NCBI RefSeq assembly: GCF_902459465.1
Contig: NC_047083.1
Span: 10,230,001 to 10,294,000, forward strand
DNA length: 64,000 nucleotides
Direction: 5' to 3'
Source: Asterias rubens
Lineage: Eukaryota
Under the pieces are notes generated by a model, which worked only from the letters and a program-made list of their open reading frames with translations, did not search any database and was not told the origin of the DNA. Of this stretch, positions 36,289-47,170 are shown piece after piece. Numbering within the stretch: position 1 is the stretch's first letter; each line of letters begins with the position of its first letter. The translations under genes were made by a program, and so were the position numbers.

Positions 36289-39200
36289 ATGGCTGTTGAG
36301 AAAGAAATGGACCAAGCACCACAGAAACACCCCCTCGCTGAAACAGGAGAAGATATCACCCCTAATAAAGATGGAGGAGTCCTGAAGGCTATTATCAAAG
36401 CAGGAGTTGGTGAAGATGGACCCATGAAGGGAGATAATGTCAGTGTACATTATGTCGGGACGTTGCTAAACGGAGAGGAGTTTGACTCAAGCAGACGCAG
36501 AAATGAAAAGTTTTCTTTCAAGTTGGGAGAAGGTAAGACGTAGCTTACAAGTAAAAAGACATAATAGGGAGACCAACATCCTAGGGTTAGTTAGCTCAGT
36601 TGCTGGAGCTCTAGTACCTTAATCCGAAGGTAGATGGTTCGAATCCCGCTCTAGTGAATATTTCTTTGTCCAACCCCAAATCATTTCATATTTTTGATAA
36701 TGAAACCAAATATGCCTCATAAGTGAACTTAAAACTGTAGCTCGCAAGCCTGAGGAAACCATAAACAAGAGTACTTGCTTAGGTCAGGAACCAGAAACAC
36801 CGGGGTTAACCCCTATCCTTCCACAATAAGTCTTCTTTTATTTGTATGAAAACTTGTTTGTGTCTTTGGTTTCGAGTTAGAAAACAGAAGTGCATCTTAG
36901 GTTGTAAAGGATTGCAGGTTTGAGGAAGATGTTATTGTTGTGCTAACTTAACTTTCTAGCGCCTTAAATTTGACTGTTCTTGTTTTTTAGGTCGGGTGAT
37001 TAAGGCGTGGGATTTGGGCGTGGCTACCATGAAACGAGGCGAGGTTGCTGTACTGACATGTGGGTCTGAGTACGCTTACGGCAAGAATGGTAAGTGTTTA
37101 AAGTTAGAAAAGCAGAATAGGTAATAGGTCTGTGATGTGCAAGGAATATTCCTTTTGTTTCCATTTGGTCCTGTGGTAAAGTCCTTCTCTAATTTTGAAA
37201 ATCAAACCCTACTTTTGTTTTCGACAGGTCAAGGTAAAATTCCAGCCGATGCAACGCTGGTTTTTGAGGTGGAGCTTTTTGATTGGTCAGGAGAAGATTT
37301 GAGTGAAGCTAAAGACGGCGGCATCATGCATCGAACCCTTGAGGCTGGATCTGAGTATGATAAACCAACAGATAATTCAGCTCTGGAAGGTAACAAAGAA
37401 ATTATAGCTTGGTTAGATGATATTCCTGTCAAGAGAACTCGGCAAACTCCCACAAGGGGATTATAAACACCAAGCTGGCAACAGCCACTCTCTCTCATAC
37501 AAACATTGGTTCAACGCCTATGATTATGAATTACACAAATCAAGAAATTGGGATTCAGCTACTAGATAATAAAACTTATTCCAGTCATTGTGAAATCAGC
37601 GGTTAGCTTGGGGGATTTGAACTCTTAACCTTGTGATTGCAAGTCCTGCAGTCTAACCACTGGTAATTTGATGTGATTTATGCCTAAATTCACCTATTAT
37701 AAAGTTGTCTTTCAGGGTCCCCCACACTGGACACCTTTGGTAACTGTCAATGACCCGTCTTCTCACTTGCTGTATTCCAACATATGCATAAAATAACAAA
37801 CCTGTGAAAATTTGTGCTCAATAGACCTATCCATTAGGCTCCACCCACGACGCATGTGTGAGCAAGAACACGTGAGCCTCTCCAATGCCTTTCTGCACAA
37901 TCTGCCGCGCGTGCCAAGCATACGTGCACGCATGTTGGACCTTATTTGTCGACTTTCGTTGCGTTGTGATGGGTCAATACGCAATGGGGCACAGCTTATT
38001 GGATCGGTCTATTGGTCGTTGAAATGAAGTTGCAAGAGAATAATGAAAGAAAAAACACCCTTGTTGCACAAATTTGTGTGCTTTCAGATGCATAATAAAA
38101 GACCTTAACTGAAATTTTATTATTGAGTGAGAAAGTACCTTCCTAGAAAAAATGTTTTTTCAGAGGGAGCTGTTTCTCACAATGTTCTATACTATCAACA
38201 GCTCTCCATTACTTGTTACCAAGTCAGTTTTTATGCTAATAATTATTTTGAGTAATTACCAATAGTGTCCAGTGCCCATAAGTCTGAATCACATAATTAA
38301 TAATGATTACAATACTTGCTTTGTTTCAGTTCATATTATCGGCAAACATGGCGACCGTGTCTTCGATGATCGCGATGTCAGCTTCATCCTGGGTGAAGGT
38401 ACAAATTGAGACTGTTATTTCTCCGTATTCCTAGATTTCAAGATATTTATTTTAAAAATCTAAATTTTGCCTACATCTTTTGTAGAGTGTTGTGGCCGAG
38501 CGGATAAGAGCACCCAACTCAAGCTCTGGTGTTTTTGTTCAGCAGAGTGTGGGTTTGAATCCCGGTCGGTCGTGACACGTGTGCCCTTGAGCAAGACACT
38601 TAACTGTAATTGCATTTCTCCACCCCCGGTGTAACTGGGTACCTGTGAGAGCGAGCAAGAGATGGTTTATGTGAATGATTACCTAGCAGCACCGGCTGTA
38701 TACTCCCTAGGGAGCTGAGCTGGTTTAAGGAATGAAATATATGGCCCAGTGACCAGAGGTAATAAAGTCAGAAGTGCTTTGAAATACCCTTCAGGCTGTG
38801 ATAAAGTGTTATAATGATTGATTGTTATTATTATTACAGTTACGATTGATTTTTTGTTCAGGATGTGATCATAATATACCTGAAGGACTTGAAAGGGGTC
38901 TTCAAGAAATGAAGAGTGGTGAACTCGCAGAGTTTAAACTCCAACCGAAGTATGGGTTTGGTGAAGCCGGGAACGCAGACTTCAATATTCCAGCTGATGC
39001 TAGCCTTACATATCAAGTCAAACTCACATCATTTGAAAAGGTAAAGAATAAGAAATGTATGGATTGATAATAATAATAATAAGCATTTATATAGCGGCAT
39101 ATCTGGAAAACTAATCCAAGGCGCTGGAGAGGAAAGGAAACTGAAACAAAACAGTTTATACAAAGAAAAGGATCCAAAGATAAGTTGGGTGGGTAGGGTG

Positions 39201-42200
39201 TCATATTTCGAGGCTTGCATTTCTTTTAAAATTTATCATCTTTGGTTTTATCATTTTTTTTTCTGCAGGCAAAGGAGTCATGGGAAATGAATCCAACTGA
39301 GAAATTGAGCTCAGCAGAGATTGCTAAGACAAAAGGAACAGAGAAGTTTAAGGTAAGAAAAATTTAGATAAGATGATCATTAAAGCCTGTTCATACTACC
39401 TGTGAATTCGAAGTGAATTAATTTGGTGTCACAGGGCCGTTTGTCGTTGCGATTGTTTCGCAGGAGATGAGCACAACTCAACTGTTGCGAATTATTCATT
39501 GCTAAAACAATTTGTATCGCATTCGCTGGATAAGGCTTTACTCATATTGATTTAAAGGCAGTGGACAGTTTTTGAATTTTTATATTGACTGTTTTATATT
39601 GAATATTGAATATTTTATTTTGACTGTTTTATATTGACTGTTTTATATTGAATATTTTATATTGCATGTTTTATATTGAATGCTTTATATTGACTGTTTT
39701 ATATTGACTGTTTTATATTGACTGTTTTATATTGACTGTTTTATATTGTATATTTTATATTGAATGTGTTATATTACATTTTTTATATTGAATGCTTTAT
39801 ATTGAATGCTTTATATTGACTGTTTTATATTGACTGATTTACATTGAATATTGAATATTTTAATTTGACTGTTTTATATTGAATATTTTATATTGCATGT
39901 TTTATATTGAATGCTTTATATTGACTGTTTTATATTGACTGTGTTATGTTGAATATTTAAGTTTGAATGCTTTGTTTTGAATGCTTTATTTTGAATGTTT
40001 TATAGTGAATGTTTTATATTGACTAATTTATACTGAATGTGTTAAATTGAATGGTTATTTTGATAGATTTTGGAACGATCTTGTTATAATGAAACTAAGC
40101 ATGTTTTGGCTTAATTTTAGGTCTCTGCTTACTCTGCTTTATACCCAAAGCATTTTGTTCATTTTGTGTTTGGTGGCCATTTTCCCTTTATTAGATTTGT
40201 GCTAATTTGTGCACTAGATTTGTAAAGTGAAAATGCTTAGGTGAAGTTCACAAAAAACATTTATTAACTTGTACCTTAATTTCTTTTCGCATAGGGTGGT
40301 GAATACAAGAAAGCAGTGAAGCAATACAAGAGAATCACGGACTACTTGGATCACGATTCCGAATTCTCAGAGGAAGAGAAAAAGACGTCAAACGAGCTTC
40401 TTTTGGCCGCACATCTTAATCTTGCAATGTCTTATATCAAGATGGAAGAGTTCACTCAAGCTGTTGAAGCATGTGATAAGGTTAGTACCGAGTATCATTC
40501 GCCCTCTTGGTGTGACCTCATGCACCTTGGGCCAGCCCCAAGTGACCCGTTCCACAAGCAGGGCACAAGCTGACCCGGGTGAGCCCCTGGAATGACGTCA
40601 AAGCTATTTGAACGTACCGGGGGCAGACCAGGGTCGACCCTGGGAAGCTAATCGAACGGACCCATAGTTATAGCAAGAAAAGTTCTCTTAAGAACATAAT
40701 CTACCCAGCAAATAGCTGACACATGGTGTTACGTCACCTTGTTATGCCTAAAATCCTATATGAAATTATATGAAATGAAATCACAATTGACTTATTTCTA
40801 AATACTTCTTTGTCATAGGCGCTTGAGATCGATGACAAAAACATCAAAGGTCTGTTCCGACGAGGGCAGGCTAACCTTTCCATGGCTGACCCTGTCTTAG
40901 CAAAGAATGACTTCAGTCAAGTTGTAGCTCTGGATCCAAACAACAAAGCCGCTAAGAACCAACTCGTTATCTGTCAACATAAGATTAAACAAGCCAATGA
41001 CAAGGAGAAGAAACTCTATGGAAAGATGTTTGAGAAGTTTGCCGAGCGAGACAGAAAGGTAAGGACCAGAAATCTATCACGATTTGATAATGTTTTTTGG
41101 GTTTGAACAAAGAACTGACTAGAGTGGGATTCGAACCAACGGTCTCCGGATTATTGTGCCGGCGCTCTACCAACTGAGCTATCTAGCCGTATTTTTGCGG
41201 AGTCCCTATTTTGTCAATATCTTTGTTCGGGGGTGCCAGTCCGAAGCCATGCAACCGTTAACTGCTGTGTAGCCAGGGATCACACCCAAATTACGATACA
41301 ACCTGGGAAGCGGCAGCCAGGGGATCACCTTAAGGGGATGCGACTTTTTGTTTCAGATATTAATATAAACCACAAGGGAAACTGACTGGGCAAATTTTGA
41401 AATGATTTTTGGGGTTGAACGAAGAATTGACTAGAGTGGGATTCGAACCAACGACCTCCGGATTAACGTGCCGGCGCTCTACCAACTGAGGTATCTAGCC
41501 CTATTTTGTCAGTTTCTTTTTTTAGGGGTGCCAGTTTTGATAATGTGACAAAAGCTCTGTTTCACACTGTATTTCTTAGACCCATAGGATACAGGATACA
41601 GCCCTGTGGAAGCCCCAGTGTTTCTTTACCCCCCCAGTTTCCTTGGCACACTTCCACACTGTCCCCACTTAGGTCCCCAGTCTACAGGATTCCGGTCGCA
41701 CCTTTCCAGAATAACCCAGGTTTTTATCCATTACCCCTACTCCAGAGCAGGGGTTGCTATTCCCCAGGTAATTGCTAGAGAAGATCAGGGGTAAAGCGTT
41801 CATAGTGTGAAAGGGGCTGGTTGTTATTCCCTGGGGTTACCCTTTGTTTCAATGTTTCAAAATTTCAAATTGTTCATCTTAAAGACAGTGGACACTATTG
41901 GTAATTGTCAAAGACCAGTCTTCCCACATAGTGTATCTCAACATATGCCTAAAATAAAAATCTGTGAAAGTTTGAGCTCAATTGGTCGTCGAAATTGCAA
42001 AATAATAATGAAAGAAAAACTCACCCTTGTCACACGAAGTTGTGTGCTTTCAGATGCTTGATTTCGAGACCTCAAATTCTAAACTTGAGGTCTCAAAATC
42101 AAATTCGTGGAAAATTACTTCTTTCTCGAAAACTACGTACAGAGGGAGCCGTTTCTCACAATGTTTTACACTATCAACCTCTCCCCATTACTCGTCACCA

Positions 42201-42592
42201 AGAAAGGTTATATGCTAATATTTGTTTTGAGTAATTACCAATAGTGCCCATGGCCTTTAATGTTCCTCATGTCGTTTTATTGCATTTCTTCAACAACACC
42301 TCAAGTTCTTTCTGGTATCAGGAAAACTTATATTTAGTTAGAACTTCATTATTTTCTTGTTTACAGTCTGCAAGAAAAACTGACGTTGTTTATTTGTTTG
42401 TTTTTCATTTTAGATTGAAGAAGCGACTAAACCTAGCACTGAGCTACCCACAGACTACGGTGGCGTATTTAATAAAGAAGATGTGGATGCTCCTTCCAAT
42501 GGTGGAGATGCACAAAGTAATGAACCATCAAATAGCAGTCAGGAAACAAGTGAGACACCGAATACTGTTGGGGCAATGGAAGCGGAGGTATA
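36289..42592 (+). CDS. FKBP4: Large immunophilin FKBP52/51 (two FKBP domains + TPR)
   Basis: Exons 36289-36532, 36991-37089, 37227-37389, 38329-38398, 38862-39040, 39269-39352, 40295-40480, 40819-41058, 42415-42592. Motifs DITPNKDGGVLK, VSVHYVGTLLNGEEFDSSR, VIKAWDLGVATMKRGE, KIPADATLVFEVELF, AKESWEM, HLNLAMSYIK, KGLFRRGQA; ends MEAEV*. Confidence 0.95.
36585..36690 (+). mobile_element. tRNA-derived SINE head
   Basis: A-box TAGCTCAGTTG, B-box GGTTCGAATCC, tail ...CAACCCCAAATCATT shared with the 41095-41500, 53400-53495 and 57590-57740 copies. Confidence 0.75.
37824..38012. mobile_element. Small MITE (AGACC..GGTCT, AT duplication; ISL2EU-like) nested in a TTAA MITE
   Basis: Interrupts the host consensus CTCAAT|TGGTCG; ends read CAATAGACC...GGTCTATTG. 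End coordinates are approximate. Confidence 0.65.
38488..38800 (+). mobile_element. tRNA-derived SINE with CORE(MIR)-like central domain
   Basis: GTGGCCGAGCGG A-box, GGTTTGAATCCC B-box, then GTGCCCTTGAGCAAGACACTTAAC...CCACCCCCGGTGTAACTGGGTACC, resembling the CORE motif. Confidence 0.65.
39560..40060. repeat. Degenerate 13-14-bp AT-rich tandem repeat (GTTTTATATTGACT) in FKBP4 intron 6
   Basis: TTTTATATTGA recurs throughout the interval. Confidence 0.85.
41095..41530 (-). mobile_element. Tandem tRNA-like SINE units (312-bp period)
   Basis: 72-nt cloverleaf-like heads at 41117-41188 and 41429-41500, separated by a body also seen at 47455-47570 and 57690-57740. Confidence 0.8.
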
Positions 42593-45394
42593 GGGATGAT
42601 AACCCAACTGCTGTTTCATGTCCTCGTTTCAAGCACTGACTTGTAAAATACAGCTTAGAATTCAATTCTCTCATTGAAAATGCCTGAAATTTAATAATTG
42701 TATTAATTTTATTCCCGATAGCGACTATCATGAAATGATCAAAGATTCTTTATCTCAGGTGTGGAAATTTGGGTTGAAATGAAACATTTTTAATGGTTGA
42801 TGATGTATAAAATAAATGCAGTTTATTTCACGAGACAACCTCAGCATGTTTGGTTGACTGTAGGATTGGAATTGTTATAGACAGTTTAACCTTTGACATG
42901 TCATGGTTGCGACACAGGGCCTGTACTTCCTGCAGGCACAAAGTGTACACAGGTCCGTGAAAGAAAACTAAACCCAACTCTTCAGTAGAACCTCTAAATC
43001 CATTCAGCTGGTTATTTTGACAGCATAAAATGTAAAAACTTCCTGATGTTAATGGTTACAATGTAGAATTTTGCTTACTAGGAAATGTGCAACTACAAAT
43101 GGGCCCAAGTTTAGCAAGAACCTGCACACCAAGAGTCGTTATTTAAGGCACTGGACACTATTGGTAATTGTGTCCTCTCCCTTGGTGTATCTCAATATAA
43201 AAAACCAAACCTGTGGAAAATTTGAACTCAATTGGTTGTTGACTTTGCGAGAGAATAATGTTAGAAAAAACACCCTTGTCACACGGAGTTGTGTGCTTTC
43301 AGATGAATGAATTCAAGTCTTCAGCTGAGGCCTCAAATTCAATTCAATATTTAGTGAGAAAACTGCCTGACTTCAGAGGGAACCTTTTCTCACAATGTTA
43401 TGAACAGCTCTCCATTACTTGTTACCAAGTTAGTTTTTTTATGCGTACAATTATTTTGATAAATAACCAGTGGTGTCCAGTGCCTTGAAATCTATTTAAA
43501 CAGAAAATTAAAATGTAAAATAATGTTCTAAGTAAAATGAACTATTTGGAATGTCTTGTATGGATCGTCAAAAGTAGTAGATAGCTCGTAAATTTTCCCT
43601 GTGAAACTGAAAATTAATTGGATGTTATAATTGAAAATACTGAACTTTAGACGTGGAATATTATAAAATGAATCAACGTTCATTGAAATAAATGTTTGAA
43701 TATTTGAAAGCTTAGTGCATAGTTTCTGCTTAAAACTGGTAGAACTTCCAGGTATTTTTTTTTATATTTTAAGAGCAAACCATCGACGATGCATCCGATG
43801 TCATTGATGATGTCATTTATAAATGACAATTTGTTTGCATGTAATGCCGGGTTGAAGATGGATGGAGAAAAAAAACTTACTATTTTCTGTTTTTACATAT
43901 TTTTTATAAGTTTGCTAAAAATAATCACACTTCTTTATTTTAATGCAATTAACAAAATGACCATCGGACAAACTGACTTCTCAAAACAAGTCATGGTTGA
44001 GGACTGTGAGTCTTCAACTTTTTTCCTCAGTTCATGATTTGACACTTTTTATCTTTCTTAATCTTCCAGTTTCTTAAAATAGATAGGGAGACATCACAGT
44101 GAAGAAAGACTTTTCCCTTGTTTTGATCAAACTTCAAGATTTCTTTTTGAGATGCTTTGTAGAGAGCTTGTCAAGCTCCAGATGTAATTTTCAATCTTGA
44201 GTTGTTTTACTCTCCTAAAAGCATTGCTGCTGTCCTGGAGAGGGTGGGTTGCAAAATCCATTTATGCTGTGTGCTCGTGCTGTCCATGAATTGAATTGCC
44301 CTTTTGTTGACCAAATTTCAAGATTTATATTTGTTGTAATCTAGGAAGCCTGTAAACATCTAGATGTAAATGAATTAAAAGTTGAAGCCCTGTTTATGAC
44401 CAAGCTTCAAGATGTTTATTTGTGGCATGTAGAGAGTCGTTTAATGTCTAGAACACAAGATATTAACTCCATATGAAGAAAAAAAAACTACATATTTTTC
44501 AGGATTTTTCATTTTTGTATAAACAGCAGGGCCCAATTTCATTGCTCCGCTTTTTACCTCTAAATTCTGTACTTCCTTTTACCTGTCTCCACTTACTGTG
44601 CAACCACCAAATTTCTGCGCTAGCTGTGTATAAATTAAAAGAATGCATAGTACGAGGAGAACGCACGCGCATAAGCAAAAATGTCCTTCTAACCCGTGAA
44701 ATACATGCGAGTACATAATTCCCTGCTTCCTAAGGCTTAAGCGCCGATTCTTTGCTTATGGAAAGCCATAAAAATGGGCTCTGATCAAAAGTCGAAATTA
44801 TTGAAAGTTTAACATGAAGCATTTATAATATAAATTGTTTTAGCTTAATGTTTTGCTTTCTCGCAATGCTCTATTTGTTTTTGGTACATCTCATGTGAAT
44901 ATAGTCTCCTGTGCATGCTTGCAGGTTTATCAGTATGAATGATAAGGATATTAAAAATATGAATTCATTATACATTGAGTAATGTGTGTAGTTGAAACTT
45001 TCATGAAATGTCTGTGGCTATGAAGTTATTATTGATACAGCACCTATACAGTAGTAAACCATACTCCCGATGGGTGCGTTTGTTTAGCTTCCCTGGGTCG
45101 ACCCGGGTGTGCCCCCGCTGCGTTCGAATAGCTTTGACGTCATTCCAGGGGCTCACTCAGGTCACTTGGGGGTGACCCGATGAGCATGACGTTACCACGA
45201 GAGGGCGAGTGTGATCGTTCGATTAGCTCTTGTCAGGGGCTCACCTGAGTGAGCACCGCGAGGTCGACCCAGGGAAGCTAATCGAACGCAACCGATGAAC
45301 TACCTCGTAATGTAAACCAACAAACTTGTACAACAGTTTTATAGCTCTTGCAGTACGCACTGCTAAAACATTGAATTCAATCTACCTCTAGCCA

Positions 45395-45510
45395 CTGGGC
45401 AATCTCGGTAGTCTAGTTGGTAAGACACTGCTCTAGAATTCCAAAGGTTGAGGGTTCAAACCCCACCCGAGTAATATGCATGTGATTTTTTTTCACAGAA
45501 CTCTGGAAAG
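45395..45510 (+). mobile_element. tRNA-derived SINE (second family)
   Basis: A-box TAGTCTAGTTGG, B-box GGTTCAAACCC. Confidence 0.7.
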
Positions 45511-46203
45511 AACTTATAGTGTAAAGTGCTAACACATATCTATCCCGATGCAAGTTTAACATCTCCTGAGTTTATGACACAAAATCTAAAACTTCTCACA
45601 TGAAGAGTGAAGTATCTTGCCTGCCATGAAATGCACGAATCACGTATTTTGTAAGCAAACGTTACATGGTCCCGTCTGTTTAGAATCATTGTCTTAGGAC
45701 AACAAAATGGAGACATCCAAAATTTTACATCAACTTTTGAAAATTTATTAGTAATATACCGATACGTAATTGGTACAGTTTAAATATGTTGTACATTAAT
45801 TATAAAAGTGTAATGAGTTTGTACACAACACAATATTTTTTTTAAATAATGGCTACACAATTACACTAATAATTTATAACAAAATACATTAATATTGTTG
45901 GCCATCACCATTTATGATCTACACATAAATAGTTGAATTAAGTTTCACATAGAAAGAATACATTTTCTACATATTTTAATATACTATCCCCTTTCCATAC
46001 CATCCTGAGCTTTTGATCTTTTTGACTGGATCTTAGTACATGTACTCGAAATGTAATCCATTTTACCTGGAATCCACATATAAGTCAATTACTCGGTGTC
46101 ATTAAAAATAACTATATGACTTTAACCGGTATATATATATACTTTAAAAGGGTGGTATTATGTTGATATTAATATTATTAAGATATTCATATTATTAACA
46201 TCT

Positions 46204-46247
46204 GTCTCCTGACGATGACTAGAGCAAGCTAGTCGAAACGTTGAGAC
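46204..46247 (+). ncRNA. Minimal type I hammerhead ribozyme
   Basis: Stem I GUCUC(46204-08)/GAGAC(46243-47); core CUGACGA(46209-15); extra U; stem II GACUAG/CUAGUC with 6-nt loop; GAAA; palindromic ACGU stem III; cleavage triplet GUU (cut after 46242). Confidence 0.8.
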
Positions 46248-46832
46248 CAATTTCAGAACTGACTCCGCGGCAGTTCAGTTAATTACGATCCTATAAGCTA
46301 AAGTAGTAGTCCAGTCTAATTTCTATACCATCCGCCCTGGTAATAGTTAATAAACAGGACAGTTCTTTTCAGAACAAAATTTTTCGCGGCAAAATGTTAA
46401 CCAAATGAAAATATTACGCACCTATCCTTTACTTCTCCTTCCCCCTAAAAAAAACCCACCAAAAACAAAAATGCACCTAAATATATCAATATTAATACTA
46501 TTCATCACAAATAAATAAACAATAGGAGTAAACGACAGATAAACACAAATGATCCAAGTTAAGTTCCATGACTTTGTTCTACTTTGGGCCAAGGTTGGGG
46601 GCTAACATAAAGTAATAATTGACGTAGTGATACACCATAGATTAAGATTAATAAGTCCTCATTTACAACATTCTAATCCAAATTTTACAAATAGAATTCA
46701 CCTTTTTTTTTATTGCAGACTTTTCGTAATACTTCAGCTACTACTTCAGTAACTGTTTCAGTTGAACTTGCTTTTGGTGGATTGCTGGCCATTGAGTGAA
46801 AACGCATCCCTAATAAAATAACCTTGTTGAAT

Positions 46833-47147
46833 AACACTCGTTTCAGACAGGCGTGCCGGAGTCACGCCGAACCAAATAGATTAGAAGCGACTCTAGGTCA
46901 ACCAAAATAAATTTTGGTTTAAGACAGGCGAACTTAACATAACATTTACTTTGGCTTGGCTCATATGACAAGATCGACGTCTGAAACCAAGGCGCTTCAG
47001 AGTCATTCCGAACGACTGCAACTGTCGATCTTTCGACTTCTAGCACGTCCAGTCACTCTTAACTATTTCAGACGTCAAACTTTTCATGTGCTCAATTCAG
47101 AATTTGGTTTGGCGTGACTGTAGAGCGCCTGTCTGAAACGGGTGCTA
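46833..47147. mobile_element. About 315-bp MITE with about 44-bp imperfect TIR, about 25 nt past the TMEM41B stop
   Basis: CACTCGTTTCAGACAGGCG...AGTCACGCCGAACCAAAT and the reverse-complement arm at 47100-47147; TA flanks. Confidence 0.8.
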
Positions 47148-47170
47148 TAGACATAATCAGAGGTTAATTA

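Noticed and set aside
41117-41500. Two cloverleaf sequences as functional tRNA genes
   Set aside because: The anticodon loops differ between copies, U33 is absent, there are stem mismatches, and both sit in a dispersed repeat body; better explained as SINE heads.
42915-42960. Imperfect hairpin in the FKBP4 3'UTR as a SECIS or pre-miRNA
   Set aside because: No AUGA/GA quartet, no in-frame UGA in FKBP4, and the stem is too irregular for a pre-miRNA.
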